Below are positions 14,101 through 27,842 of a DNA stretch of 64,000 nt, in pieces (within the stretch, counting starts at the first letter, position 1; the number at the start of each line of letters is the position of its first letter). Below the pieces are notes generated by a model. It worked only from the letters and a program-made list of their open reading frames with translations, made no database searches and was not told the origin of the DNA. Both the position numbers and the translations under genes were made by a program. This DNA comes from Malacoraja senta (Eukaryota): assembly GCA_038087875.1 (NCBI GenBank), contig JAXLNO010001232.1, forward strand, positions 1 to 64,000, given 5' to 3'.

Positions 14101-14275
14101 CTACTATCCCTTTGTGAGCTTCCTTTCCCGTTAATTCTGGGGGTCATTAACCATCCCTTTACTCTCTTTCCCTTTAATTCCGTCCTCGACTATCCCATTT
14201 GACCCCCCACCCACCTTATTCAGTTTTAAACCACCCGTGTAGCAGTGGCAAACCTGCCTGCCAGAATGCGTTGTA
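11150..14275 (-). mobile_element. CR1 LINE, near-complete ORF2 (APE endonuclease + RT) with frameshifts, (TGTTTCTA)n tail
   Basis: Endonuclease motifs YMNARSIRSK, GITETW and MGDFN; RT motifs [23 protein letters not shown] and HLEYCVQFWSP; tail at ~11153. Confidence 0.93.
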
Positions 14276-15648
14276 CCATTGTTGTTGAATTTTCTTGGGC
14301 CCTCAATCAAACTTATTGTTGTAATATATCTCTCTTTTTAATATTCGAGTATGAATCAGGATTTCTACACGAAGAAAACGTGAAGAGAGANNNNNNNNNN
14401 NNNNNNNNNNNNNNNNNNNNNNNNNNNNNNNNNNNNNNNNNNNNNNNNNNNNNNNNNNNNNNNNNNNNNNNNNNNNNNNNNNNNNNNNNNNNNNNNNNNN
14501 NNNNNNNNNNNNNNNNNNNNNNNNNNNNNNNNNNNNNNNNNNNNNNNNNNNNNNNNNNNNNNNNNNNNNNNNNNNNNNNNNNNNNNNNNNNNNNNNNNNN
14601 NNNNNNNNAGTAGCACATGGCCGCATTTGGCCGCATCACAGGAAAGCACACCATTATCTCTATTTCGTCAGAATATCATGTTCAAAAATTCATTTCTACA
14701 AGCAGAATTAGGCTATTCGGCCCATCAAGACTACTCTGCTATTCAATCAGGGCTATTCTATCTATCCTTCTCAACCCCATTATCCTGCCTTCTCTCCATA
14801 ACACCTGGCACACATACTAATCGAGAATCTATCAGAAGAAAGGGCTCGTTCCGAAACGTCACCCATTCCATCTCTCCAGAGATGCTGCCTGTCCCAGTGA
14901 GTTACTCCAGCAATTTGTGTCTATTTTAAGAATGTATCAAACTCTGCCTTAACAAATATCAATTGACATGTCCTCCACTGCCATCTGTGGCAATGATTTC
15001 CATAGGTTCACCACTCTCTGGCTAAAATAAATCCTCCTCATCTCCCTTTTAACGATACACCCTTTTATGCTGAGGCTGTGCCCTCTTGCCCTAGATTCTC
15101 CCACTAATGGAAACATTCTCTCCACTTCCACTCCATCGAAAAGGCATTGGAATCTGTACTGTTCAGTTCTGCTATAACGAATGCGATCTANNNNNNNNNN
15201 NNNNNNNNNNNNNNNNNNNNNNNNNNNNNNNNNNNNNNNNNNNNNNNNNNNNNNNNNNNNNNNNNNNNNNNNNNNNNNNNNNNNNNNNNNNNNNNNNNNN
15301 NNNNNNNNNNNNNNNNNNNNNNNNNNNNNNNNNNNNNNNNNNNNNNNNNNNNNNNNNNNNNNNNNNNNNNNNNNNNNNNNNNNNNNNNNNNNNNNNNNNN
15401 NNNNNNNNNNNNNNNNNNNNNNNNNNNNNNNNNNNNNNNNNNNNNNNNNNNNNNNNNNNNNNNNNNNNNNNNNNNNNNNNNNNNNNNNNNNNNNNNNNNN
15501 NNNNNNNNNNNNNNNNNNNNNNNNNNNNNNNNNNNNNNNNNNNNNNNNNNNNNNNNNNNNNNNNNNNNNNNNNNNNNNNNNNNNNNNNNNNNNNNNNNNN
15601 NNNNNNNNNNNNNNNNNNNNNNNNNNNNNNNNNNNNNNNNNNNNNNNT

Positions 15649-15991
15649 CTCTTTCCGTTTTTTTATTTTCTCTCCTCACTCTCTCTCCCTTTCTCTCTCT
15701 CCCTTTATCTCTCTCCATTCCTCTCCCTATTCCTCTCTCCCTCGTTCTTTCTCTCCCTATTTCCTGCCCTATCCCTCCTATTGTTCTCCCTCTTTATTTT
15801 TCTCTCCTCCTATCTCTCTCCCCCTGTCGCTCTTTGTCTCTCCACCTTCATCTCTTCCTCTTTCTCGCTTCCTCTTTCACTCTCCCTCTGTCCGTCTCCC
15901 ACTTTCCATCTTCCTCTTTCCTACTCCACCTTTCCCTCTACATCCTCCATCCTCCCTCCTCTCTCTCCCGCTTTCCCACTCCCTCTTTTAG
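15649..15991 (+). repeat. Very long polypyrimidine tract ending in the TRBC exon 1 acceptor
   Basis: At least 340 nt of C/T, continuing into an N-block, ending TTTTAG at 15991. Confidence 0.9.
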
Positions 15992-16342
15992 ATCCCAAAT
16001 TGAAGCTGCGATCTCCCCAAATTACAATTCTCCAGCCGTCTGACCGTGAAATTAAAAACAGGGGCAAAGCCACTGTGGTTTGTCTCATCACTGATTTTTA
16101 CCCGGACAACATAAAAATTAAATGGATTCTCGATGACGTTGTACAACCCAAAAATAGTCCTAACATCCATACAGATCCAAGCTCCCAAAGCGAAGACGGA
16201 GAGAAGACCTTCAGTATAAGTAGTCGCTTTCGATTGGACGCCCGAGATTACGCAAAGGCCAAGAAAGTCGTCTGTGAAGTAGACCACTACAGGAATGGAT
16301 CTACGCCTCAAACTGAACAGGGAACCCACAACATCAAACACG
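15992..16342 (+). CDS. TRBC: TCR beta constant region exon 1 (Ig C1 domain)
   Basis: (D)PKLKLRSPQITILQPSDREIKNRGKATVVCLITDFYPDNIKIKW...FSISSRFRLDARDYAKAKKVVCEVDHY...NIKH. Conserved Cys, Trp and FYPD; AG acceptor at 15990-15991, phase-1 GT donor at 16343. Resembles shark TCR-beta C from recall. Confidence 0.95.
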
Positions 16343-18019
16343 GTGAAATTTCTAACCCCAATGTCTTGTAAAGCTTTAGCATGACATCCCAATGTCTATA
16401 CTCAATGCTCTCACTGATGAAAGCCAAAAGCCTACTTAACCACCCTATCTACTTGTGATGCCACTTTTGATGAACATCTTCCCTATAACCGGGTGAACAA
16501 AACGTTACGGAATATTCCATATGTGTCCTCACCAATATCGTGTGCAACTGTAATATGACCTCCCAAATCCTATTTTTAATTCTAATTTGTTCTTGGTCGT
16601 CATCAGTCAGGGTATTGGGCTTCTTTTAACAGAAGCTGAATTTCAAATAATGGAAGCTGACTTATCTGATTTGCAAAACTATCGTCTGTGGAATAATTGT
16701 TTTCTGTTTTAACTTACAAAAGAGCCACAACAATCCCTCTCTCTCCAGTGGAATAAAAACCATGGTTTTATTATCTGGAAGGTATCTCAAAACCCATAAG
16801 GTCATAAGTGAAAGGAGCAGAACGAATCCATTCGGCCCATCAAGTCTACTCCGCGATTCAATCACGGCTGATCTAAATCTCCCTCCTAAAACCATTCTCC
16901 TAACTTCTCCCCATACCCCTTGACACCCGTACCAATGGGAAATCTATCTCTGCCTTAAAAATATCCATTGAAAGTCTTAACAGCCATTTCATAATTCCAC
17001 ATATTCACCACCCTCTGAATAAATACATTCCTCCTCTCCTCCTTCTTAAATGAACGTCCATTAATTATGAGGCTGTAACCTTTTGTCCTAGACTCTACCT
17101 CTAGTGGAAACATCCTCTCCGCATCCACTCGTTGCAAGCCTTTCGCTATTCTGTATGTTTTAATGAGCCCCCCCCCCCCCCCCCATCTTTCTTCTAAACT
17201 CCAGCGCCATCAAACGCTCAACCTATGTATGATTCCTGGGATCATTCTTGTAAATCTCCTCTTGACCCTCGCCGGACCGTATGTATTTTCACCGCTCTTT
17301 ATATAGATTTTTGATAGAATATAACTTTATTTATCCCAGGAGAGATGTGAAGGATTTCAAGAAATCGACTCCAAGGTCCCTAGGTCAAAGAGTACATAAG
17401 CCACTCCTTGGGATGCCTGTAACACACTGCCAGGACAGGTGATGGAGACAGATATGAGGTAGCGTTTATGGGCTTTTAGATAGGCACACGGAAGTGCAGG
17501 GAATGGAGGAATATGGTTCACGTACAGGCAGATAAGATTAACAAGGAAATGCAAAAGCCGGTAAACACACGAAAGTACACAAACGTGGTTTACGAGAATG
17601 ATCCCGGGGATGATTGTTAACGTTCGATGAGCGTTTAACGGCGTCAGAGCCTGTTCTCGCTGGAGTTTAGAAAGATGAAGGGGGAACTAGATGAGGCCCG
17701 GGTAGAGTAGATGTGGAGAGAATGTTTCCATTCGTGGGAGAGTCTAGGACCAGAGGCCATAGCCTCAGAATAAAAGGACGTAGCTTGAGAAAGGAGATGA
17801 AGAGGAATGTCTTTAATCAGAGGGTGGTGAATCTCTGGAATTAATTACCAGCGAAGGCTGTGGGGGCCATCAATTGATATTTTTAAGGCCATCGACCATA
17901 ATCACCCGTACTTTATTTAGTTTTTATTTAGTTTAGTTTAGTGATACAACTTGGAAACAGGCCCTCCTGCTCAATGAGTCCAGGCCAACCAACAATCCCT
18001 ATATTGCATACTGGGGATA

Positions 18020-18215
18020 CTGGGAATTTTACCCAAGTCAATTAGTCTACAAACCCGCACTTCGTTGGACTGTGGGAGGAAGCCGGAGCACCCGGAGGAA
18101 ACCCACGGAGTCATAGGGTGAACGTGCAAACTCCGTACAGACAGCACCCATACTCAGGATCAACCCCGATTCTCCGGCGCTGTAAGGCAGCAACACCACC
18201 GCTGCACCACTGTTT
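18020..18215 (-). mobile_element. V-SINE (HE1-type) copy
   Basis: Reverse complement of the tRNA head and V-core (GTGGGAGGAAGCCGGAGCACCCGGAGGAAACCCACG on +). Confidence 0.75.
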
Positions 18216-18382
18216 TGCCCTCACCTGAGGATATTGTGAAGTGTATATGGAGTCAATGGTGGGAAGTCTGGTCTGTGTGAAATACTAGGCTTCATACACA
18301 ACTCTGCAATTTTTCGTAGCTTCGTCTCATAAATGGGTATATATGATAACACTGAACGCATTTTTCATATTTCTTCTTACAG

Positions 18383-18403
18383 AGACTTGTGGCTTGAGTA
18401 AAG
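18383..18403 (+). CDS. TRBC: TRBC exon 2 (connecting peptide, ETCGLSK, interchain Cys)
   Basis: 21-nt micro-exon, TTCTTCTTACAG|AGACTTGTGGCTTGAGTAAAG|GTGAGT, phase 1-1, in frame with exons 1 and 3. Confidence 0.9.
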
Positions 18404-19988
18404 GTGAGTGGCTCTACTTAAATAATATACCGTCATTATTTTAAGACTGTTTGCCCTTTCTGTGTCAGTTAAAACTTAATAGTCTCACTGAGCCATATAC
18501 ACGTGCAAAAAGACACTTCAGCTAAACTTGCCCACGCCAACCAACATGCCACATCTACACTATACCATCTGCCCGTTCTTGCCCACATCCCTCTAAAGCT
18601 TTCCTCTCCAGTTAACTGTCCAAACGTTTCATAAACGGTGTGATAGTGCCTGCCAGAACTATCCCCCCGCCCCCCCGGCCGCATGTTTCATCCCTCGGGT
18701 TCCTATTAAATCTTTCTCCCGCTCATCCCCTTCACCTTACACATATGGCCTCTGGTTCTCGATGCTCCATACTCTGGGCAAGAGACTGTGGATCTATTTG
18801 ATCTATTCATCGCATGATTTTGAACAGCTCTATAGGATAACCCCTACACTACAAGGATTAAAGTCCTAGCCTGACTCAACCTTTCCTGTAGCTCAGACCC
18901 TCGAGACTTGGCAACATTTATGTAAATATTCTTGGCATCCTTTCCGGCTTAACAACATCTTCCCATAAATAGGGTGACCAAAACTGAACACAATACCCAA
19001 TATGTGGCCTTACCGATGTCTAGCACAGCTACTATATCAATTATGTCCTCTGGGTCCTGATTCCCTATCGTGGGGGTAAAAGACTGTACATTTACCCGAT
19101 CTATTCCCCTCATGCTTTTATACAATATCAGATCACATTATCCTCCTGCGCTCCTAAGAATACATGTTTAGCCTGCTCAAACTCTCCCTATACCTCAGTC
19201 CTGGCAACATTCTCGGAAATATTCTCTGCACAATTTCTCGCACATCAACATATTTCCTATAACATGGTGAAAACTATAGTCCAAATGTGGCCTCACCATT
19301 GTCTTCCTGTAACATGCGTTCCAAATTTCTATACTCAATACTCTGACTAATGAAGGTAATGTGCAATGTCAGCCTCAGAAGACGGCTACGGGAATGTATC
19401 TGCCGACTCGAGCCGGGCCGGAGATACAGAGCCCCGGCCGCAGGGGGGTAATCTGACCATCACGCCGCCGCGGAAGTCCCGATGAGGTCGAGATCAGCAG
19501 CCACACTCGGCCTCAGCGTCACATTTTCCATGCGCATTTCAAGGAGGGATTTCAAGTATGCTCTCGTAACATGTTTGAGCTAAAGGAGGTGCCAGACCAC
19601 CAGTTGATGGAAAATCAGTGGTGGTAATGTATATTTGTGCTCCCGCTTTCAGGGAATTATGGACTTGGACCGCAAGATCCCTCTGTACATCGATGCCGTT
19701 GAGGGTCTTGCCACTAACTATAGAATTTCACCTTGCATACGACCTCCCAAAGTGCAACATCTCGCACGTGCTCAGATTAAAGTCCAACCGCCATTTATCT
19801 GCCCATTTATGTTGCTGATCTTTCTCCCACTGAATACTTTGACAGCTTTCCTCACAGTCCGCAACCCCAGCGTTTGTTAATTCACAATTTTCTGTTATGT
19901 TAAAGTGCCTATATGTTAATTTATTTGTTAAATAAACTCATTCTTAACTCTAGATGTTCTTTACCACATCTTTATATTCATTTAACAG

Positions 19989-20095
19989 AAGCTAAAATTC
20001 AGACAATGGAAACTGCGAAACTGACTTACCTGATCCTGATTTGCAAGAGTATTCTCTATGGAATAATTGTTTCTGTATTAGCTTGCAAAGCCAAG
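19989..20095 (+). CDS. TRBC: TRBC exon 3 (transmembrane), EAKIQTMETAKLTYLILICKSILYGIIVSVLACKAK
   Basis: TTTAACAG acceptor, AAG|GTAAGT phase-0 donor, 107 nt. The TM carries the conserved Tyr...Lys...Tyr pattern with a single Lys, as in beta chains. Confidence 0.93.
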
Positions 20096-20617
20096 GTAAG
20101 TCTTTCTGGCGAACAGAAATCCAGATATATATCCAAGATATATCCCGTTGAGTATAGAAGTTGTGAGAGCATGCTGCAGTTATATGAGATGTCGGGGAGG
20201 CCACAGTTAGAGTATTGTGTTCCACTTTGGTCACTATTATAGGAAAGATGTTGTCAAACTTGAAAACCTCAGAGAGGATTCACCACGATGTTGCTAGGAC
20301 TCGAGGGACTGAGCTATAGGGAGAGATTGAGCATGCTATGGCTTTATACATTGGAGCGCAGGAGGGCGAGAGGTGATCTTATAGAGGTGTACAAAATCAT
20401 GAGAGGAATAGATCGGGTAGTCTTTTGCCCAGAGTATGGGAAATGAGAACCAGAGGACAGAGGTTAAGGTGAAAGGGGAAAGATTTAATGAGAACCTGAG
20501 GGGTTAATTTCTCATACAAAGGATGGTGGGTGTATAGAATGAGCTGCCACCGGAGATGTTTGAGGCAGGTGCTATCGCACCGTTTCAGAAACATTTAGAC
20601 AGGTGCTTGGATTGGGT

Positions 20618-23600
20618 AGACAATAGACAATAGACAATAGACAATAGACAATAGACAATAGGTGCAGGAGTAGGCCATTTGGCCCTTCGAGCCAGCACTG
20701 CCATTCAATGTGATCATGGCTGATCATCCACAATCAGTAACCCGTTCCTGCTTTCTCCCCATATCCCCCGACTCCGCTATTTTTAAGAGCTCTATCTAGT
20801 TCCCTCTTGAAAACATCCAGAGAACTTACCTCCTCCGCCTTCTGAAGCAGAGAATTCCACAGACTCACCACTCTCTGTGAGAAAAATTGTTTCATCGTCT
20901 CCGTTCTAAATGGTTTACTCCTTATTCTTAAACTGTGGCCCCTGGTTCTGGACTCCCCCAACATCGGGAACATGTTTCCTGCTTTTAGCGTGTCCAAGCC
21001 CTTAAAAATCTGATATGTTTCAATGAGATGCCCTCTCATCCTTCTAAACTCCAGAGAGTACAAGCCCAGCTACTCCATTCTCTCAGCATATGACAGTCTC
21101 GACATCCCGGGAAGTAACCTTGTAAACCTACGCTACACTCCCTCAATAGCAAGAATGTTCTTCCTCAAATTAGGGGACCAAAACTGCACACAATACTCCA
21201 GGTGTTGTCTCACTAGGGCTCTGTACAACTGCAGAAGGACCTCGTTGCTCCTATATTCGATTCCTCTTGTTATAAAGGCCAAAATGCCATTCGCTTTTTT
21301 CACTGCCTGCTGTACCTGCATGGTTACTTTCATAGACTGATGTACAATGACCCCCAGATCCCGTTGTACTTCCCCTTTTCCCAACTTGACGCCATTTAGA
21401 TAGTAATCTGCCTTCCTGTTTTTGCTACCAAAGTGGATAACCTCACATTTATCCGCAATAAACGTCATCTGCCATGAATCTGCCCATGCATTCTCATGGC
21501 ATCCTCCTCACAGTTCACACTGCCACCCAGCTTTGTGTCATCTGCAAATTTGCTAATGTTACTTTGAATCCCTTCATCCAAATCATTGATGTATATTGTA
21601 AATAGCTGCGGTCCCAGAACCGAGCCTTGCGGTACCACACTAGTCACTGCCTGCCATACTGAAAGGGTCCCTTTAATCCCTACTCTTTGTTTCCTGTCTG
21701 CCAACCACTTCCCTATCCATGTCAGCACTCTACCCCAATACCATGTGCCCTAATTGTGCCCAATAATCTCCTATGTGGGACCTTATCAAATGCTTTCTGA
21801 AAGTCCAGGTGCACTACATCCACTGGCTCTCCCGTGTCCATTTTCCTAGTTACATCTTCAAAATATTCCAGAAGATTAGTCAAGCATGATTTCCCCTTCG
21901 TAAATCCATGCTGACTCGGACCGATACTCTTACTGCTATCCAAATGTGCGGCTATCTCATATTTTATAATTGACTCCAGCATCTTCCCCACCACCGATGT
22001 CAGGCTAACTGGTCTATAATTTCCCGTTTTCTCTCTCCCGCCTTTCTTAAACAGTGGGAAAACATTAGCTACCCTCCAATCCACAGGAACTGATCCTGAG
22101 TCTATAGAACATTGGAAAATTATCACCAATGCATCCACGATTTCAAGAGCCACTTCCTTATCTACCCTGAGATGCAGACCATCAGGCCCTGGGTATTTAT
22201 CAGCCTTCAGTCCCATCAGTCTATCCAACACCATTTACTGCCTAATGTGGATTTTCATCAGTTCCTCTGTCAGCCCAGATCCTCTGGCCACTACTATATC
22301 AGGAAGATTGTTTGTCTCCTCCTTAGTGAAGACAGATCCAAAGTACCTGTTCAACTCATCTGCTATTTCCTTGTTCCCCATAATAAATTCAAATGTTTCG
22401 GTCTTCAAGAGTCCAATTTTGGTCTTAACGATTTTTTTCTTCTTCACATACCTAAAGAAGCTTTTACTTTCGTGCTTTATATTCTTGGCTAACTTACCTT
22501 CGTACCTCATCTTTTCTCCCCGTATTGTATTTTTGGTTATCTTCGGTTGTTCTTTAAACATTACCCAATCCTCTTGCTTCCCGCTTATCTTTGCTACGTT
22601 GTAATTCTTCGTTTTAATTTTTTATGCTGTCCCTGACGTCCCTTGTCAGCCATGGTCGTCCCTTTCTCCCCTTGGAATCTTTCTTCCTCCTAGAAATGAA
22701 CTGATCCTGCACCTTCTGTATTATTCCTAGAAACACCTGCCATTTTTGTTCCACTATCATCCCTGCTAGTGTATATTTCCAGTCAACTTTGGCCAGCTCC
22801 TCCCTCATGGCCCCATAGGCCCCTTTATTCAACTGCAACACTAACACCTCCGATCTACTCTTCTCCCTCTCCAATTGTAGATTAAACCTGACCATGTTAT
22901 GGCCACTGCCTCCAAATGGCTCATTTATAAAGGACCTCGAGGTCCTTTATCAAATCCGGTTCATTACATAACACTAAATCCAGAATTGCCTTCTCCCTGG
23001 TTGGCTCCAATACAAGCTGTTCAAAGAGTCCATCACGAGGGCACTCAACAAAGTCCCTTTCTTGGGGTCCAGTACCAACCTGATTTTCCCAGTCTACCTG
23101 CATGTTGAAATCTCCCATAACAACCACAATATTACATTTGCTACAAGCCAATTTTAACTCCTGTTTCATCTTACGCCCTATGTCCAGGCTACTGTTTGGG
23201 GCCTGTAGATTAGTCCCATTAGGGTATTTATACCCTTACAATTCCTTAGTTCTATCCATACTGACTCCACATCTCCTGTTTCAATGTCACCCCTTGCAAG
23301 GGACTGAATTTGATTCCTCACCAACAGAGCAATCCCACCCCCTCTGCCCACCTGTCTGTCTTTTCGATAGGATGTATACCCTTGAATATTCTGTTCCCAG
23401 TCCTGGCCCTCTTGCAGCCAGGTCTCAGTAATTCCCACAACATCATACTTGCCAGTTTCTAACTGAGCTTCAAGCTCGTTCACTTTATTCGCGCATTCAT
23501 ATACAGTACTTTGACCTCCGTATTCACTTCCCCATCGCAATTGGCCCAGACCTTACACTGTTGTCCATTCTCAAGCTTTCCTTCCCATTAATTCGAGCAT

Positions 23601-24540
23601 CTTTTGTAATTTTTACTGTAGCCATTTCCCCTTCAACTCAATCTTTATACTCCCAATTTGTCAATCCCTCCGCCCACTATTTAGTTTAAACCCACACGTG
23701 TAGCCCTCGCAAATCTGCCTACCAGAACGTCGGCCCCCCTCCAGTTAAGGTGTAACCCGTCCCTTTTGTACAGGTCACCCCTACCCCAGAAGAGCTCCCA
23801 GTGGTCTATAATTCTAAATCCTTGCTCCCAGCACCAGCCCCTCAGCCACACATTCAGATTCCCAATCTCCCTGTTTCTGTCCTCACTAGCACGTGGTACT
23901 GGAAGCAATCCAGAGATAACCACCCTAGAAGTCCGGCATTTCATTTTTCTTCCCAACTCTCTGAAGTCAGGTTGGAGAACCTCCTTCCTCTTCTTCCCGA
24001 TGTCGTTTGTGCCTTCGTGCACAACTACTCCCGGCTGCTCACCTTCTCTCTCTCGAGGACGTTCAGAATTCGGCTCGTGACATCCTGAACCCTGGCACCA
24101 GGGAGGCAACAGACCATCCTCGCATCTCGCCTGCCGCCACAGAATCATCTATCCGCTCCTCGGACAATGGAGTCACCCAGCACAAGGGTACTGCCCGACT
24201 TCGCTCTCGCCGGTCGAGTCCCATCTCCAGAATTGGAGCCACCGACGTGTCCGCCGCTCGGACTGGGAACATTGTCTCCCCGGACAGTTCCCAAGACGGC
24301 GTACCTGTTTTCATTAGGCACAGCCACCTGAGTCTTCTGCACTCAACGATTTGCACCCTTTCTCCCCGTCACACACCTTGGTTCTTACCGAAACCTCGGC
24401 GTGACTACCTCACTGTAGGTCCTGTCCAGGAAACTCTCGTTTTCCCGGATGGCCCTGAGGTCATACAGCTGCTTCTCCAATGCCCCCACACTGTCTTTTA
24501 GGAGCTGAAGCAAGACGCACTTGCCACAGTTGTAGCAGCC
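20618..24540 (-). mobile_element. CR1 LINE, near full length: ORF1 (Cys motif + SGNH esterase) and fragmented ORF2, (CTATTGT)n tail
   Basis: ORF1 CYNCGKC (~24500-24535) and esterase motifs VLGDS (~24160) and VVHEGTND...VVISGLLPVP (23681-24148); ORF2 endonuclease and RT pieces 20734-23540; tail repeats 20618-20660. Confidence 0.93.
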
Positions 24541-25389
24541 AGAGGCTCCATTTGTGTCCCTGATTGAGAAGGATATGGTACAAACGCCGGCAGTTGGGAC
24601 TAGTTTAGATTGGGCATGTTGGTCCGCATGGGCCTGTTTCCATGCTGTGTGACTCTATGACTCTATATCCACATGTCAGGGGAATTGGAGCTATTTTTCA
24701 TTGAGCTGGGAATCATTGAGTCGTAGTCATACAACACGGAAACATGCCCTTTGTCCCAACATGCCTATGCCGCCCAAGATGCACCATCTACACTAGTCCC
24801 ACCTGCCCGCGTTTGGCAAATATCCCTCTCAACCTATCTTATCGATATACCTGTCCAAAAAAACATTGTGATAACAACTGCTTTAACTACCTCCTCCAGC
24901 AGCTCTGTCCATATACGCACCTCCATATGTGTATAAAAGTTGCCCCCCCATGTGCATTAATTCTTTCCCCCACCCGCCTCACTTTAAGGTATTTCCTTTG
25001 GTTCTCGATGCCCCAGCCCTGGATAACAGACTCTGCGCGTTAAACCTATCTATTCTCCTCATGATTCTGTACAACTCCATACGATCACACCTCATCCTCC
25101 TCCGTCCAAGGAAGAAAGTCCTAGCCCGCGCAACCTCTCCCTGTAGCTCAGGCATTTGAGTCTTGGCAATGTCCTTGTAAATCTTCCCTGTACTTGTTTC
25201 AATATTAAAGGGACACAAATTGCTGCAGTAACTGAGCGGGTCAGGCAGCATCTCTAGAGAACATGGATATGGGTGAGATCGGTCTAGACCCAACGCATCA
25301 CGTGTCGATAATCTACAGAAACAGAAACATGGACAAAAATGTTTAGTGGGATATTCCGTTTTGTTATCGCATGTACCGAGGATAAAGTG

Positions 25390-25860
25390 AATAACGTTTA
25401 GTGCAAAGAATAAACATTGAAGTCCAATAAAGTCTGATTAAAGATAGTTCAACAATTTTAAATGAGGTAGACGGGAGATCAGGACGGCTCTCTAGTTGGT
25501 GAGAGTGCGGTTTAGTTGCCTGATAATAGCTGGGATGAAACTGTCCCGGAATCGTGAGGTATGCGTTTTCAAACTTCTGTATTTCGTCCCCGATTAGAGA
25601 GCGGAGGAGTCACCGGGGCGAGAATGCTCCTTGATTATGCTGGTGGCTTTGCCGGGACAGCGTGGTGTGGATGGATTCAGTGTTTCGATTGCACGATTGT
25701 CTGTTCTGCGTCCACACCTCTTTGTGATTGCTTGCGGTCTTGAATGGAGATGTCCCCAAAACATACTGCGATGCATCCCGACAAAATGCTTTCTACGGTA
25801 CATTTGTAGAACTTGTGAGGATTGTTGGAAAAATGGCAATATCAAATATTCAGAGGAAGT
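25390..25860 (-). mobile_element. Rex1/Babar-like LINE fragment
   Basis: Same RT C-terminal family as the 4310-4700 and 36329-36770 fragments. Confidence 0.5.
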
Positions 25861-26064
25861 AGAGGCATTGGTGTGCTTACCTGAGAATGGGCCAAACACG
25901 GGCAGGTGGGACGGATCCAGGTGGGACGGGTGCAGATGGGACACCTTGATTGGCATGGGAAAGTAGAGTCAAATAGCCAGTTTCGGGGCTGTGTTGACGG
26001 AGACCCTCTATGCCGCTCCCCTCTCTGCTTCTCTCTCACTCTATCTCCTTCCACACCACCGCCC

Positions 26065-26535
26065 TCCTCCTCCCTTGCTTTCTCTTATGAGGAAAGGTTC
26101 AAAAGACTAGGCTTGTATTCACTGGAGTTTAGAAGGATGAAGGGGATTCTTATAGAAACATGAAAAATTATAAAAGGACTGAACAAGCTAGATGCAGGAA
26201 AAATTTTCCCAATGTTGGGCGAGTCCAGAACCAGGGGCCACAGTCTTAGAATAAAGGGGAGATAATTTAAGACTGAGGTGAGAAAAAACTGTTTCACCCA
26301 GAGAGTAGTGAATTTATGGAATTCCCTGCCACAGAGGGCAGTGGAGGCCAAGTCACTGGATGGATTTAAGAGAGAGTTAGATAGAGCTCTAGGGGCTAGT
26401 GGAGGGAAGGGATATGGGGAGAAGGCAGGCACGGGTTATTGATAGGGGACGATCAGCCATGATCACAATGAATGGCGGTGCTGGCTCGAAGGGCCGAATG
26501 GCCTCCTCCTGCAACTATTTTCTATGTCTAAGTCT
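26065..26535 (+). mobile_element. CR1 3' end
   Basis: YEERFKRLGLYSLEFRRMKG...; typical 3' UTR ending CTCCTGCAACTATTTTCTATG. Confidence 0.85.
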
Positions 26536-26759
26536 ATGCCTATGTCTCTCTTCCGACAGTTTACGTTTTTAAACTTTATTCGTAATAATTCTATAAATAA
26601 AGCATGAAATGTTAATATAATGTGATTCCGGCCACGACGGGAAAAATGTCGACCGGAATATGTTTTAAAAACAATTATCGTTACCGCGTTGTTTTTTTCG
26701 CGAAGATGTAAAGACAACCACATATACACACACGTACAAGATAAGAGTTTTAATAAGTA

Positions 26760-26884
26760 CTAGACCAAGTGCATACCCGTTGGGTCCGTTCCCGCAACGC
26801 ACGGTTGCGAGGGGAGGGGGCGGCCTGAGGCGTCGCACACACACTAACCAACCTCTCACACATACACACACACTAACCACCCCT

Positions 26885-26915
<31 letters not shown>

Positions 26916-27594
26916 TTATATTAAGAAGGGAGGGAGGAGAGTGGTAGGGCCGCCCAGCAGCCGTCGGCCTCAGAGTGAGCCTCAGCTGCATGGCCTCGTA
27001 TCCTCGGCGCTTCAGACCTCGAGTACGCGGAGGGGGGAGGGTGGAGTGGGCGTGCGGGCGTGATCCCGAGTGAGCCTGCGGGTCGCCAGCGAGAACGGCG
27101 AAAAGCAGCGGGGGGACCAGCCGATCTTTGGCTTCCGCCAGCGTGACAGAGCCGGGCCGGGGGGGGGCTAGTGGAGGGGAGCCGGACGGCAGCAGCCATT
27201 ATGGTCGCGCGGTGCACGCGATGAGAAGGTGGCCAGCGGGAGGCGAAAAAATGAGTGAGTGGGGGGTGGAGTGAAGGGTTTTATTTAAAATGTGTATAGA
27301 AAAATGACTAAATTTAATGAGTGGATTTGCGAATGTAAAAGTAAAATCGCTAGGTCGCGTGGGGCACGCGATAAGAAGGTGGCCAGCGGGAGGCGAAAAA
27401 ATGACTGATTGGGTGGGAGGATTTTATTTTAAATGTGTACAGAAAAATAACTAAATTTAATGAGGAGTGGATCAGCGAATGTGAAAGAAAAATCGTTGGC
27501 GAACTGGTAAAAATCTCGGCGTATTTGCGTCTGGTTTTCGCGGAGTAATGAATCAAAGGCAAAATTCAAATGCAAAATGACGCGAAATGACACA

Positions 27595-27659
<65 letters not shown>

Positions 27660-27682
27660 ACATAGTTTCAAAAGTATATAGA
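26760..27682 (-). mobile_element. Non-autonomous Helitron (~920 bp)
   Basis: On the minus strand: A|TCTATA 5' end (27682), 3' hairpin ACCC-AAC-GGGT about 10 nt before CTAG|T (26763-26760), no target-site duplication. Contains an internal ~130-bp duplication and (CA)n. Confidence 0.7.
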
Positions 27683-27842
27683 TATGATGATTATGTGGTT
27701 TCATGCTTTCGCGACTTTTTTACATTATGATTCCATTAATTATATTAATGATTCCATAATGTCATAGCATCAAGATTACATGATTCCTATTTAGTGATTT
27801 TGATCTATGATTCCAGGATGTCATGATTTTGTAAGTTGGTAA

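Noticed and set aside
15181-16371. 396-aa ORF spanning the C domain
   Set aside because: The N-terminal part is an N-block plus polypyrimidine intron; only 15992-16342 is exonic.
19913-20242. 109-aa ORF around the TM exon
   Set aside because: Read-through of intron and CR1 sequence around the 107-nt exon.
23681-24148. Esterase-like ORF as a possible captured host gene (also 61085-61507)
   Set aside because: An SGNH esterase domain is an established part of CR1 ORF1, and it is in its normal position upstream of ORF2.
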